A DNA stretch of 26,981 nucleotides from a virus (IMGVR_UViG_3300032225_000504:1-26981), one strand, 5' to 3'. Counted from the stretch's first letter, positions 1 through 10,087 are shown. The notes: generated by a model not told the origin, from the sequence alone. Numbers and translations: made by a program.

Positions 1-1060
1 CGTTACAACCAAAGGCAAACACAAAGCGAGAAGCGTCGGACACCAGCAGGTAATTTTGAACGACTGGCACGTCCACAATACTGGAAATGCTGACTCCAGA
101 ACCTGTTGAAGTTGTGTTGACCAGACCTCCAGCACTGTTGACCAAGTTGAATGTCAGTCCGCTTACGTTGGAGACGTAGTACGTGGTAGCGGCGGATACT
201 CCGGTTGGCAAAGACCCTGTGGCAGAGAACTGCAAGGCCGTACCTGCGGAAAATGCAATGGTTGCTGTGACCACGGTGGGGCTGGCGCTTGTAAATGTGA
301 CCGCGCCGCCCAGACTGGACACCAGCACACCGCGAGAAGTCAAACCGCTGGAGTTTTGCCAGTAGTAAATCGGTCCCCCACGGTAGCCAAAAACCAAGTT
401 TTCACCAAAGTTTGTTTGGCTCCAAATACGAATCGGCGTAAGCGAGGACGATCCTGTGCCCCAAGGACCAGCACCCCAAGCACCAGCGCCCCACCCAATC
501 GTTGGAACCACATATTCGCCGCCGATTGGGATTTGGTATGCGGCAACCACTGCAGAACCGCCGGAAGAACCGGCAGCCACAACGGAGGTGGTTGCGATTG
601 TGTACGCATTGACGGTCGTTACCGTGATTTGAAAATCGGCGTTAAGCAATGACGCGTATGTGCCGGTAACTCCACTGAAAGTCACAAAGTCGCCCGTAGT
701 CCCGCCGTGCGCAGTGGCCGTTACCGTCACTGTCGTTGTTCCGTTGCCCGTAAAAGGGTTGGTACCCAGTGTAGTGGTTGTGCGCAGGGGGGTGATGTCG
801 TTGTACGTGCCGCCCTGCTCAATGTAGAACTTCAGGTTTGTGCCAACGCCCAGCAAGTTTGCACCGCCCAGCGTCACCCAGTTCCACAACGACCGGCACA
901 CGCCCAAAAAGAAATTGGTAGAAATGCGGGTCCAGCCACCGATTTTCTCAGGCGTACCTTGGCGAAACCGCACTTTGTCGGTTGCCCAGTACCCATTCTC
1001 ATTTGTGTATCGGGTGTTTTCTTGATTGACTCCAGCTTTGAGTGTGATCTTTTTAAGCAT
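1..1060 (-). CDS. Tail/head-closure (nozzle-like) structural protein, 3' end truncated by the window edge
   Basis: Not in the ORF track because it has no stop in the window. Manual translation from ATG 1060 is open to position 1: MLKKITLKAGVNQENTRYTNENGYWATDKVRFRQGTPEKIGGW...GWGAGAWGAGPWG...IWSQTNFGENLVF...VSDASRFVFAFGCN. Function inferred from context and resemblance to phage tail proteins. Confidence 0.75.
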   Translation of the reverse strand, partial: MLKKITLKAGVNQENTRYTNENGYWATDKVRFRQGTPEKIGGWTRISTNFFLGVCRSLWNWVTLGGANLLGVGTNLKFYIEQGGTYNDITPLRTTTTLGTNPFTGNGTTTVTVTATAHGGTTGDFVTFSGVTGTYASLLNADFQITVTTVNAYTIATTSVVAAGSSGGSAVVAAYQIPIGGEYVVPTIGWGAGAWGAGPWGTGSSSLTPIRIWSQTNFGENLVFGYRGGPIYYWQNSSGLTSRGVLVSSLGGAVTFTSASPTVVTATIAFSAGTALQFSATGSLPTGVSAATTYYVSNVSGLTFNLVNSAGGLVNTTSTGSGVSISSIVDVPVVQNYLLVSDASRFVFAFGCN

Positions 1061-1066
1061 ACCGGG

Positions 1067-1095
1067 ATTTTCCCATCATGTGGTTAATACGGCAA
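1067..1095 (-). promoter_or_regulatory. Putative sigma70-type promoter giving a leaderless mRNA
   Basis: Minus strand TTGCCG-N17-GAAAAT with an extended -10 TG. The A of the ATG at 1060 is the 7th base after the -10, and there is no SD. Confidence 0.5.
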
Positions 1096-1098
1096 GCA

Positions 1099-1623
1099 TT
1101 AAGCCATCATCGTGCTAGCGGTCTTTTCCACAGATTCCACTCGCGCCAACCAGCCTTTGATAAATCGGGCTTGGGTTGGGTCACGCTCGACCAGACCTTT
1201 GTAAAAAGTTTCTTTGGCATCGCCAAACGCAATCAGTGCCTTTGTGGGATCGGCTTTGGCAACAGCAGCCATTGTGCCGGGACCAATCGCACCGTCAGCC
1301 GTCACGCCTACAGCCTGCTGGAGAAATTTGGCGGCGCGACCGGGGCCAGCGTTGACGGCAAAGTCAAACACAGCGTAGTCCAGCCCTGTGGGCAGCTCGT
1401 CACAACGGCATTTATCCCAGTAACCCTTCTTGTAGAACGGCTCCACGGTGTCTTTGGTCAGCGCCTTCATCTCGCCGTCTTGCACAGCGCGTCCGATGTA
1501 CTGCGCCCATGCTGCCTTGGTGACGCCCAAGTTCGTTTCGCCGCCGTGGTCGTGCGGGTCGTTGACGTAACCGCCCTCGGACTTGATCACATGCTCAAAC
1601 GCTGCGTGGAAGTTGTCTTTCAT
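1099..1623 (-). CDS. Endolysin, glycoside hydrolase family 108 with C-terminal peptidoglycan-binding domain
   Basis: EGGYVNDPHDHGGETNLGVT catalytic motif, FDFAVNAG, and C-terminal RFIKGWLARV. Confidence 0.92.
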   Translation of the reverse strand: MKDNFHAAFEHVIKSEGGYVNDPHDHGGETNLGVTKAAWAQYIGRAVQDGEMKALTKDTVEPFYKKGYWDKCRCDELPTGLDYAVFDFAVNAGPGRAAKFLQQAVGVTADGAIGPGTMAAVAKADPTKALIAFGDAKETFYKGLVERDPTQARFIKGWLARVESVEKTASTMMA

Positions 1624-2117
1624 TTCAAAAGCTCCTTACTCATGGTTTCGGTTTTGTCTTTGCTGGATTTGGACGATCCGTAGAAAAAACTGATGATGGT
1701 CGCCACGGCTGTACCAAGCAAAAACCCAAGGATGATGTTGCCAAAGTCTTTGCCCGATGCAGGTACTGAGCCAAACGTGATGGCAAAAAAGTAAGCCATT
1801 GACCCGATTGACCAGAACCACGCAAACCAATAAATGAAGTGCTTGGCAAACTTGTCGTCTTGCTGGAGCGCAGTTTCCTGCATGTGCCGTGCGCTGTCAC
1901 GGTCGGCGTTCTCCAACTCAAACTGCTTCAAGTCAATCTCTGCCAGCTTGGCAGCAGCTTCAGGGTCACCCGCGATTGCCTTGGCAACAGCCTCCACACT
2001 GTCAGACACGCCAAATTTACTGGCGATAGCTGATATGGCAGCGCCGCCCAGCGGGCCAGCAACTGCGGTAGCCAAAGCAGGGGCAACACCCCTGAGTAGG
2101 TTGAGAAGATCATTCAT
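1620..2117 (-). CDS. Holin-like membrane protein
   Basis: Overlaps the endolysin start (ATGA). N-terminal VAPALATAVAGPLGG, central DRDSAR, two TM segments ending in FFYGSSKSS. Start placed at MNDLL, which overlaps the upstream stop. Confidence 0.7.
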   Translation of the reverse strand: MNDLLNLLRGVAPALATAVAGPLGGAAISAIASKFGVSDSVEAVAKAIAGDPEAAAKLAEIDLKQFELENADRDSARHMQETALQQDDKFAKHFIYWFAWFWSIGSMAYFFAITFGSVPASGKDFGNIILGFLLGTAVATIISFFYGSSKSSKDKTETMSKELLK

Positions 2118-2617
2118 CGTCTTGCGCTCCATTTAGGGGTTTGTCGGTGGTCGTAAATCATGTATGCGCCAAAACCGAGAAGACTGAAGCAGATCACCAC
2201 AGCGAACACCACGGCAATGATTTCAATCATTTCATCCTTCTCGCGCTTGGCCCGCTTGATCCGGTCACGCTCGGCCTGCGCGGATATCTTGTCTTCCTGA
2301 TCCATCGCACGGACACGCTCTTGGATTGATTCCCAAATGTCCATGTTGTGCGGAAAGAACAGCCCTTTGAGTTCTTCTTCAAAGTCACGTTGGCTTTTGA
2401 GCGCCATCTCAATCTCGATAGCCTTGCCCATGTTGGAGCCGCCAGCCTTCTTGGTTTCCTTGACCGCCTTGACCGCTTGGTGCTTGGCGTCAAAGTAGCT
2501 CCCTATCAACGGCCCCAAACTCGCCACATCATTTACAGTTTTGGATGCCTGCTTGATGAGCGAGACTGCCTTTTGCACAGCGGCAAAAGCAGCAAGGGCG
2601 GTGGTTATTGGCTCCAT
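2114..2617 (-). CDS. Coiled-coil protein with C-terminal TM helix, possibly lysis-associated
   Basis: 167-aa ORF coupled to both neighbours; hydrophobic IIAVVFAVVICFSLLGFGAYMI near the C-terminus. Confidence 0.65.
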   Translation of the reverse strand: MEPITTALAAFAAVQKAVSLIKQASKTVNDVASLGPLIGSYFDAKHQAVKAVKETKKAGGSNMGKAIEIEMALKSQRDFEEELKGLFFPHNMDIWESIQERVRAMDQEDKISAQAERDRIKRAKREKDEMIEIIAVVFAVVICFSLLGFGAYMIYDHRQTPKWSARR

Positions 2618-2618
2618 T

Positions 2619-3905
2619 TTAGATTGTCCCTACCGCCCCTGTAAGCCCACCTGCTGCATCTGTAAAAGTTCCAGCCGCATCCGTTAAGACGCCTGCAGCG
2701 TCTGTCAATGCTCCGGCAGAATCTGTAAACGTGGCTGAACTGAGGGTTGCTGACGACGCTGTGTATGTGATGCTGAGCGGACCAACAGTGGTTGCCGTGC
2801 CCTTGGCAAGTGAGCCGTCTGTAGGCACATTGGCGGTAATTGCATATCCCGTCGAGCCCGAAAAAAGACCGTACCCAACTGTAATAATGTTTAATGTCTG
2901 ATTAACTGTAAGGAGCTGAGCGGATACCGAAGAACCGGATGAATTTCGCAAATAGTTGTACCACAGCAAATTACCAGAAGTGTCAATTGAGTACAACGCT
3001 AAATCCGTTGAGGGGGACAGTGACCCGCAGACGTAAATGTTGCCCGTTGAATCAACGCCCAGCCCTTTTGGCGAAGTCACACCAGCAATAATTCGCCCCC
3101 ACTGATATGCGCCTGAAGTGTCGTACTTAAGAATTCCGTAGTTGGTACTAATAAAAATGTTAGCAGACGCGTCAACTACAATTTGAACAATGTTCATGCC
3201 CGCACCCGAGTAAACAAATTTTCGTTGCCATTGAAGCGTGCCAGAAGAGTTGTATTTAACTAAATATCCGTCATACGTAGACCCAGATACGTTATATGCC
3301 GTAGCCAAATAGACATTGCCAGATGAGTCAAAAGCGCAATAGCCTGCCGTAAAAGGGTTGTTTGCAAAACCTGAGCTAAAAGAGCGCTGCCAAGCAAGTG
3401 TTCCGGAAGAATTGTATTTTAAAATACCTGCAGCCGTAATTGAACCTACTAAACCATACGATCCAGAAATTGCAACATTGGCACCCGTAGAGTCTAACGC
3501 TACGCCGCCCGCGCCAAAACCGTTTGTTCTAGTCAAAGAGCGCTGGAATGTAATTGAGCCTGCGTTGGAGTATTTAACCAAAACGCCTTCAGGTGTTGTA
3601 CCAAACTGCCCAAGGCTGTAAGTGTTGCCAGAAGTGTCCGAGACAATGCCGGTTGTACGTGTCTGTGTTGTTGAGCCCGAACTAAGTTGGCGTTGCCACT
3701 GCAGCGTACCGGTCGCGTTAAATTTTGCCACGTATAACGGCACCCCAGATGTTGAAGCAGTGTCGTTCGCAACCAAATAGACGTTACCAGACGAATCAGA
3801 ATCCGCATCCGTTCCGTAGACAAATATCCCGCTACCGGGATACACCGTCGCAAAAAATCCGGCTTTTGACCCCCCGCCGCCAAGCATCATTTGTTGGATA
3901 GTCAT
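2619..3905 (-). CDS. Beta-propeller repeat virion protein (candidate receptor-binding protein)
   Basis: Six blade-like repeats (DSSGNVY...KYNSSGTLQWQR). Start at MTIQQ (3905) overlaps the upstream stop as TAATG. Confidence 0.75.
   Translation of the reverse strand: MTIQQMMLGGGGSKAGFFATVYPGSGIFVYGTDADSDSSGNVYLVANDTASTSGVPLYVAKFNATGTLQWQRQLSSGSTTQTRTTGIVSDTSGNTYSLGQFGTTPEGVLVKYSNAGSITFQRSLTRTNGFGAGGVALDSTGANVAISGSYGLVGSITAAGILKYNSSGTLAWQRSFSSGFANNPFTAGYCAFDSSGNVYLATAYNVSGSTYDGYLVKYNSSGTLQWQRKFVYSGAGMNIVQIVVDASANIFISTNYGILKYDTSGAYQWGRIIAGVTSPKGLGVDSTGNIYVCGSLSPSTDLALYSIDTSGNLLWYNYLRNSSGSSVSAQLLTVNQTLNIITVGYGLFSGSTGYAITANVPTDGSLAKGTATTVGPLSITYTASSATLSSATFTDSAGALTDAAGVLTDAAGTFTDAAGGLTGAVGTI
2622..2735 (-). 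repeat. 7-aa tandem repeat (x[LF]TD[AS]AG) at the C-terminus of the propeller protein
   Basis: TFTDSAG-ALTDAAG-VLTDAAG-TFTDAAG-GLTGAVG. Confidence 0.7.
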
Positions 3906-5527
3906 TAAGTCAAACCCCCGCCAGAGATAACGAATGTGTTTGATGCAACGCACAGAATGGTGCAAACACCCCGCTGCGCCAATGTGCGGTTACCCGTTGT
4001 CGCTGTGCCCGCCAGATACATGGTCACCGAAGTGCCCTGTGTGATGGTCTGATTTGACGCGGAGTTGTTAAAGATCGTGATCGCTTGGCCAACGCTGAAA
4101 ATGCTGGCATTGACCGTCACACCGCCTGTTGTAATCGAGATGTGCTTGCCTGCGTCCGTGGCAACCAAAACATACGCGGAGGTCTGCGAGTTCTGCACAA
4201 TCGTGCGCAAGTTCCCGATGGAGTCCGACACCGTGGTGCCCGTAATGGCTGCTGGGGTTGTACCGCCAATTGCTGGTGGACTGGCCAGATATGTGCTGAA
4301 GCCTGTACCGGAAACTGTCGAGCTGGCGCTCAAGGTTGTAAATGCGCCCGCAGCGGCGGCGGTTCCACCAATTGCTGGTGGACTGGCCAAATATGTGCTG
4401 AAGCCTGTACCAGAGACCGTTGAGCTGGCGCTTAGCGTTGTAAATGCGCCAGTGCTTGCTGTTGTTGCCCCAACAGTAGTCCCGTTAACTGAACCGCCTG
4501 TGATGGCTACCGCGCTGGCATCTTGCGTAGCAATAGTTCCAAGGCCAAGACTGGTTCTTGCGCCTGAAGCTGTGGACGCGTTGGTACCACCGTTGGCAAC
4601 CGCAACTATGCCTGTGACGTTGGCAGCCGTACCGGTTGTGTTTTGGTTCAGTGTCGGAATGTCCGCAGCAACAATAGCGCGGAAGGTCGGGGCACCTGCT
4701 GATCCGTTAGGGGCTGCCAAAATGTAGTTTGCTGTTTTAGAGGCATAGGGGTTTTGCGTGTCCCCGTAGTTTGCAGCCAAACTAATTGCTGGGGCTGTGC
4801 CGCCAGAAGAAGCAACAGGGGCTGTGCCTGTCACTGCTGTGACAGTGCCGCCGGAGCCTGTTGCCGCGATGCTGATGCCGCCAGCACTGTTAGTAATGGT
4901 TACGCCAGAGCCCGCAGTCAGGGTTGTGCGGGTAAACCCTGTGCCGTTACCGATGTCCAGTGCGCCGTTTGCTGGCGTGGATGTCAGGCCCGTGCCGCCG
5001 TTGGCCACAGGCAGAGTGCCTGTGACGTTGGTAGCCAAGTTGACAAACGTGGTGGATGTGGAGCCCGTGCCGCCGGAGGCAACTGGAAGGGCAGTGCCAA
5101 GGGTTAGCCCTGTTAAATAATCAATCTGGTTCCCAACATCTGTGCCGTTGTTGTACACGACTGTGCGCTTGCCTGCGGGAACAGACACACCTGTGAGGCC
5201 CGACACCTTGACCGTGATGGCGTAGCTGTCGTTGTTGATGATGATGTAGGGCTTTTGGATGGCTGGGACGTTGAGCGTACCCGCAGCCGACAAGGAGCTG
5301 GCCGAGATGACCAAGCACAGTGCCCGAGCATTCTGCGCAGCGTTGGTGTTTGTCAGCGTCAGGGTGGCCACGTTGGCTGTGAAGTCGCCGGATGACAGAG
5401 TGGCCATACCCACAATGGCTTGCTCGATCGCAGTGCCAAGGTTGGTGTTGGTCGTAGTGCCCCAAGCGCCTGACTGTTCGCCGTTGGCAATCAGCTCAAA
5501 CTTGAGGTTGGAGTAGGTGCTTGACAT
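3905..5527 (-). CDS. Tail fibre protein
   Basis: N-terminal anchor [29 protein letters not shown]; repeated LPVA[SN]GGTG fibre motifs; Gly/Thr/Ala-rich; C-terminal [26 protein letters not shown] domain. Confidence 0.8.
   Translation of the reverse strand: MSSTYSNLKFELIANGEQSGAWGTTTNTNLGTAIEQAIVGMATLSSGDFTANVATLTLTNTNAAQNARALCLVISASSLSAAGTLNVPAIQKPYIIINNDSYAITVKVSGLTGVSVPAGKRTVVYNNGTDVGNQIDYLTGLTLGTALPVASGGTGSTSTTFVNLATNVTGTLPVANGGTGLTSTPANGALDIGNGTGFTRTTLTAGSGVTITNSAGGISIAATGSGGTVTAVTGTAPVASSGGTAPAISLAANYGDTQNPYASKTANYILAAPNGSAGAPTFRAIVAADIPTLNQNTTGTAANVTGIVAVANGGTNASTASGARTSLGLGTIATQDASAVAITGGSVNGTTVGATTASTGAFTTLSASSTVSGTGFSTYLASPPAIGGTAAAAGAFTTLSASSTVSGTGFSTYLASPPAIGGTTPAAITGTTVSDSIGNLRTIVQNSQTSAYVLVATDAGKHISITTGGVTVNASIFSVGQAITIFNNSASNQTITQGTSVTMYLAGTATTGNRTLAQRGVCTILCVASNTFVISGGGLT
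4259..4452 (-). repeat. Tandem 102-bp (34-aa) duplication in the tail fibre
   Basis: [30 protein letters not shown] occurs twice; CCAATTGCTGGTGGACTGGCCA at 4266 and 4368. Confidence 0.9.
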
Positions 5528-5536
5528 TGTTTATCC

Positions 5537-8500
5537 TTATGGATTGATGGGGGTCCACCCCGGTGTCTGCGCGTCGTTCACGTCAGTCCATCCGCTGGTC
5601 TGCGTGTTGGGCACATTTTGCCAGTTTGGCGTCTGGTTGTCACTCACGTTGTTCCATGTGACGGACTGCGTGTTGTTGACGCTGGCCCAGTTTGGTGTCT
5701 GGTCATCTGGGATGGGGTTCCAAAGGAAAGCCCCGACAACCGTGTCAAGAATAGTCAGGCTATCTTGGAAACGTGCGCCGTAAAAACTGCCCGCTGGGTT
5801 GTAGTTGTCCTGAGCTTGCGCAGTCTCAAAAAGCGCTGCAGTAAATGTAGATGGGCCGACAAAGACGACATCAGTAGCCGTTGCGCTTTCTTGCAAAAAC
5901 GCTAAAAACACAGCCAAAGACGATACGGCATCAGTAGCCGTGGCGCTTTCCGCAACGTCTGAATTTTGGATCAGGCTGGGGCTGACTGCATCCGTGCCTG
6001 TGGCGCTCTCCGTAACATTTGAATTTTGGATCAGGCTGGGGCTGACAGCGTCCGTGGCAGTAGACGCCTCTGATAGGTTGGCACCAAAAACAGAAGCCGA
6101 AACAAAGTCGACGTCAAATGCGGTGGCGTTTTCGTCAATGTTTGAAACGGCAAACAGAACCGTGGCAATTGCATCAGCAACAGAGGCTGACTCCGCAATA
6201 CTGACTGCCGCCACAAAGAAAGCTGCCATTACGTCTGATGTGGACGTCGTTTCAGTAACACTGGAATTTTGTGTCAGCGCAGGGCTGACCGCGTCTGACG
6301 CCGTAGAGGTTTCAACAACAACAGCGCGGGTATCAAAAATCCAGCCTGTATTGCCCCCGCTGTTGACAGAATCTGCCGCGTACCAGCCAGCACCGCCTGT
6401 AGCGGTTGAATCTTGAATATTTAAGTAGTTTCGGTAGACGTTGCCACTGGCCTTGCTGATCGTACCGGCAGAGCCCGGCGTGCTGCTGTTGATCGTAACA
6501 AGATTTCCCGCCGTACCAGAGACATTAAAGTTTGTGATTGTCTTGGTTGAACCGGAGGTAAACGTAAATGTTGTTGGTTGAACGGTGTTGCTGATTGTGT
6601 CGTAAGTTCCGTTGCCTGAAATGGTCAACGCGCCAGAGCCACCATTGTTTAATGTTGGGTAAGAAGCGGAACCGCCAGCAAAAGTTTTTGCGCTTGCTGA
6701 AGTGCAGTTTATAAAAGCGGTCCCGGTAACAGTCAACCCTGTTATTGTAGTGGTGTTCCAAATCGTGCCGCTACCTGCAAGTGTCCAAGTTCCTGAACCC
6801 AGCGCAATTGTTCGCGTGCTTGAGTACGAACTGTTAAAAGAATCGACGGTGACGTTTTTATTGCCAGCATCAAATACTCCGTTAACAACCGATAGCTGCC
6901 CGGAAACAGTCAGGTTGTCAATTAACAGTAAAGTACCGCCAACACCATCTTCAGTGAGTGCAACTGGAATAGTAAAACCTGAAGTTGTAAGCGTTTGCGT
7001 TCCTGTTGTTTTTGCAAATGTTAATGCAGAACCGCTAACACTAAGAGAAACAAGTGTTGGCGGCAAAACAAAATTGCCAAAAAATCTTGCTGAAGACGCA
7101 AAAGTTAATGGGCCAGAAAAACCTGTCAAATCAAAATTAACAAACCTTGCGGAGCCACTTATCTGAAATATGTCACTGCCAGCAATTGCGTAAATGCTTA
7201 GTGCGTTTGTTTCTGTTGCACTGGTTGCCGGTGGTGTAACTGTTCTGGTGCCAACTGAACCCGAATACGAGCATTCAATCCTTGATGTGCCTGTAGTTGT
7301 AAAGTTGGTGGAGTCCGACATACTTAGAATAGTTCCGCTACTACCAGCTAAAACTATTTTTCCAGATGCGCCAAACGCAAGAGCGCGGACGTTTGCGTTG
7401 TTTGAAGCAAACAAACCAATTGTTAACGTGTAATTATTTAAATCGAGTGTTCCCGCAGTTAATATGCAGGTACGTGAAGCACCAGAAGTTAAATCATCCT
7501 GTAATTGCCAAGAACCTCCAACGCCACTAAATGTAAATGGGCAATCGAAGTTTACATTCGCAGTAGTAATTGTTTTTGTGCCAGAAGTTGCAGCAAAGGT
7601 CAACGTGCCAGTGCCAGCGCTTCGAGTCATGCCTGTAGAGGCTTTAAAGTCTCCGTAAATGGTATTGGTGACGTTTCCGTATGCACCCGCAAATCCAGTT
7701 GGGTTTACACCATCCGTAAAATCTAAATTTCGCACTGCGGTCTGGGCTGAGGTAAAAGTCATACCGCCAGTGCCCGCGATAATTCTGAACGAAATGCTGT
7801 TGGCTTCTGTAACTAAACCCGTCGTAATTACTCTTGCTGATGAACTTGAGTTGGTGCAGATAATTAAAGGCGTACCTGTTACTGTTGTAGTTGTAGAGCC
7901 AGTAAAAATTGTGCCTGTACCACTTAAAGAAATTGTATTTGTGCCAAAAGCCAATGTGTGAGCGGCAGCGGCGCAAGTCATTGTTCCCGCAGTTATATTA
8001 AAGCCATTAAAATCAAGTGTGCCGCTACTAACCGTCAGTGCGATTGTTGATGCTATCACCATTGATGAGGTTAGTCGGTAGGTAGTTGTGGTCACTACAC
8101 CGGTACCAATGTTTACGGCAAATGTAATTGTTAAATTGTTTGCGTTATTAAATCTAATTGTTTGGGTGCTGACTAGGGTTGATCTAAAAGTTGCGCCACC
8201 AGTTCCACTAATAATAGTTGTGTCACCAATATCAAAATTGCCGTAAAAAACAGGTGTAGCGCCAAAGTTTGCTGTGCCAGTAAACCCCGTTAAATCCAAA
8301 TTTTTGAATGCGCCGCTGGTTGTTCCCAAGCTAATAATATCTGAACCTGCAAGTACTTTTACATTAATTGCATTGGATTCACCTGCGTTGCCTAAAGTAA
8401 TGCTCCTAGTCCCAACTGAACCGCTGTAAGTAAACTCAACTGAAGTTGTGCCTGTAACTGTTAATCCTGTTGCTGTAAGTGTCGTAAAAACAGTTGCCGA

Positions 8501-9892
8501 ACTACCAGTCAACACAAGTTTGCCAGTACCAAAAGCCAGTGTACGCGTGTTGCTGTTGGATGAGCTAAATATACCGATTGTTAATGTGTAGCTTGCTAGA
8601 TTCAGTGTGCCGTTGGCCAGTGCACAAGTACGAGCAGCGCCCGAAGTTAACGCATCTTGCAATTGCCAAGTGCCCCCAACGCCATCAAAAGTAACGCTAC
8701 CACCGAAACTTACTCCGTTTGATGTGATGGTTTTAGTGCCGGATGTTGAAGAAAATGTAATAGTTGTTGTTGCATTATTAACAGTAACGCCACCCCAATT
8801 CCAATTTCCATAGCAGTTAATGCTGTTAGTTGACCCATAAGTGCCAGTAAATCCAGTTAAATCTACATTTTTAAATGAGCCGCTTGTTGTACCAAAAGCA
8901 ATTGTGTCTGAACCAGCGGTGACATCTACACTAATTGCGTTAGTTTCACCTGCGACGCCCATAGTTACGCCCCGAGTGCCTGTTGTAGCGGTTGCGGTAA
9001 GCTGAATTAGGGGGTTGGTTCCGGTAACTGTTAATCCTGTTGCTGTGCTTGTGGTAAAAATGGTTGTTGAGTTTCCAGTCAATACAATTTTTCCAGTTGT
9101 TCCAAAAGCCAGTGTTCTAGTGTTGCTGTTGCTTGAGTTAAACAAACCAATTGTTAATGTGTAACCATTTAAATTAAGTGTGCCCGCAGTTAATGTGCAA
9201 GTACGCGCATTAGAACCAGAAGTTAGTGCATCTTGTAATTGCCAAGTGCCGCCAACACCGTTAAATGTAAATGGGCAGTCAAAGTTTACATTCGCGCTTG
9301 TAATTGTTTTTGTACCAGAAGTGGCGGCAAAGGTAATACCGTTTGTACCCGCAGATCGGGTCATTCCAGTTGATGCTTTGAAATTACCGTAAACAGTAAA
9401 TGCTGAGTTGTTTAATGCACCAGCGTATCCAGTTGGGTTTACACCATCCGTAAAATCTAAATCTCTAAAAACACTTGTTGAAGTTACTGTTAATATACCA
9501 GTACCCGCTGTAAATCTAAACGAAATGCTATTAGCTTCTGTGACAGCAGCGGCTGTAATTGTTCTTGTTGTTGCGCTGCTGTTGGTGCAAATGATCTGCG
9601 GTGTACCCGTGACACTGTAAGTCGTGTCGCCAGTATAAATTGCACCTGTGCTGTTGAGCGAAATTGTGTTTGTGCCAAACGCAAGCGTACCCGTAAAGCC
9701 CGTCATTGTCAGGGTTTGAATAGTCGGACTAATATCAAGCGTAGCCGTACCCGCGCCAGAAGAAGCATTAAATAATGCGGCATCTGCTGTACTGGGTACA
9801 GATGCGCCAGAAGCCCCCCCAGAACTCGCAGACCAATTGGTAGTGCTGTTCCAGTTACCTGTGCCGCCAGCGACCCAATAACGGTTGGCCAT
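5537..9892 (-). CDS. Large repetitive virion protein (adhesin/tailspike-like beta-solenoid)
   Basis: 1451 aa, rich in T/G/S/N; five ~190-aa modules, then ~20-aa E-x5-D repeats, then Trp-periodic C-terminal repeats. Confidence 0.8.
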   Translation of the reverse strand: MANRYWVAGGTGNWNSTTNWSASSGGASGASVPSTADAALFNASSGAGTATLDISPTIQTLTMTGFTGTLAFGTNTISLNSTGAIYTGDTTYSVTGTPQIICTNSSATTRTITAAAVTEANSISFRFTAGTGILTVTSTSVFRDLDFTDGVNPTGYAGALNNSAFTVYGNFKASTGMTRSAGTNGITFAATSGTKTITSANVNFDCPFTFNGVGGTWQLQDALTSGSNARTCTLTAGTLNLNGYTLTIGLFNSSNSNTRTLAFGTTGKIVLTGNSTTIFTTSTATGLTVTGTNPLIQLTATATTGTRGVTMGVAGETNAISVDVTAGSDTIAFGTTSGSFKNVDLTGFTGTYGSTNSINCYGNWNWGGVTVNNATTTITFSSTSGTKTITSNGVSFGGSVTFDGVGGTWQLQDALTSGAARTCALANGTLNLASYTLTIGIFSSSNSNTRTLAFGTGKLVLTGSSATVFTTLTATGLTVTGTTSVEFTYSGSVGTRSITLGNAGESNAINVKVLAGSDIISLGTTSGAFKNLDLTGFTGTANFGATPVFYGNFDIGDTTIISGTGGATFRSTLVSTQTIRFNNANNLTITFAVNIGTGVVTTTTYRLTSSMVIASTIALTVSSGTLDFNGFNITAGTMTCAAAAHTLAFGTNTISLSGTGTIFTGSTTTTVTGTPLIICTNSSSSARVITTGLVTEANSISFRIIAGTGGMTFTSAQTAVRNLDFTDGVNPTGFAGAYGNVTNTIYGDFKASTGMTRSAGTGTLTFAATSGTKTITTANVNFDCPFTFSGVGGSWQLQDDLTSGASRTCILTAGTLDLNNYTLTIGLFASNNANVRALAFGASGKIVLAGSSGTILSMSDSTNFTTTGTSRIECSYSGSVGTRTVTPPATSATETNALSIYAIAGSDIFQISGSARFVNFDLTGFSGPLTFASSARFFGNFVLPPTLVSLSVSGSALTFAKTTGTQTLTTSGFTIPVALTEDGVGGTLLLIDNLTVSGQLSVVNGVFDAGNKNVTVDSFNSSYSSTRTIALGSGTWTLAGSGTIWNTTTITGLTVTGTAFINCTSASAKTFAGGSASYPTLNNGGSGALTISGNGTYDTISNTVQPTTFTFTSGSTKTITNFNVSGTAGNLVTINSSTPGSAGTISKASGNVYRNYLNIQDSTATGGAGWYAADSVNSGGNTGWIFDTRAVVVETSTASDAVSPALTQNSSVTETTSTSDVMAAFFVAAVSIAESASVADAIATVLFAVSNIDENATAFDVDFVSASVFGANLSEASTATDAVSPSLIQNSNVTESATGTDAVSPSLIQNSDVAESATATDAVSSLAVFLAFLQESATATDVVFVGPSTFTAALFETAQAQDNYNPAGSFYGARFQDSLTILDTVVGAFLWNPIPDDQTPNWASVNNTQSVTWNNVSDNQTPNWQNVPNTQTSGWTDVNDAQTPGWTPINP
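5540..5722 (-). repeat. 11-aa Trp-periodic repeat, five full copies plus one partial
   Basis: WNPIPDDQTPN/WASVNNTQSVT/WNNVSDNQTPN/WQNVPNTQTSG/WTDVNDAQTPG/WTPINP. Confidence 0.85.
5810..6325 (-). repeat. ~20-aa (60-bp) periodic ESATATD-type repeats
   Basis: About nine E-x5-D units; GAATTTTGGATCAGGCTGGGGCTGAC repeated at 5961 and 6021. Confidence 0.85.
6795..9690 (-). repeat. Five ~575-585-bp internal modules
   Basis: TLAFG-type landmarks near 9680, 9105, 8535, 7950, 7375 and 6800; an identical 36-mer at 7693-7728 and 9427-9462. Confidence 0.85.
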
Positions 9893-10060
9893 TTACACCC
9901 CTTGTTCGGGTTCAGCAGTAATAACCGCAATCCAATTGTTGAATCGTTGCTGCTTCATTGCCTCGATTTCTTCCGCAGTCAGTACGTGGTCGTCTGGCAA
10001 ATAGATTGCATCAGTCAACGTGTACCGACCATCGGTGATTTCAAAATCAATCTTTACCAT
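9893..10060 (-). CDS. Small acidic hypothetical protein (55 aa), possibly a fibre chaperone
   Basis: Below the ORF-track cutoff: MVKIDFEITDGRYTLTDAIYLPDDHVLTAEEIEAMKQQRFNNWIAVITAEPEQGV. Its stop directly abuts the ATG of the 1451-aa gene. Confidence 0.75.
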   Translation of the reverse strand: MVKIDFEITDGRYTLTDAIYLPDDHVLTAEEIEAMKQQRFNNWIAVITAEPEQGV

Positions 10061-10087
10061 GATCTAGTGGGCTTTAAACAACAACAA

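Noticed and set aside
183-1087. Short ORF-track calls in the first kilobase
   Set aside because: Explained by the uncalled minus-strand gene running from 1060 off the window edge.
5540-9690. Repeats considered as a CRISPR array or as DGR template/variable repeats
   Set aside because: All are in-frame coding repeats with no spacers, no adenine-specific mismatch pattern and no reverse transcriptase in the window.
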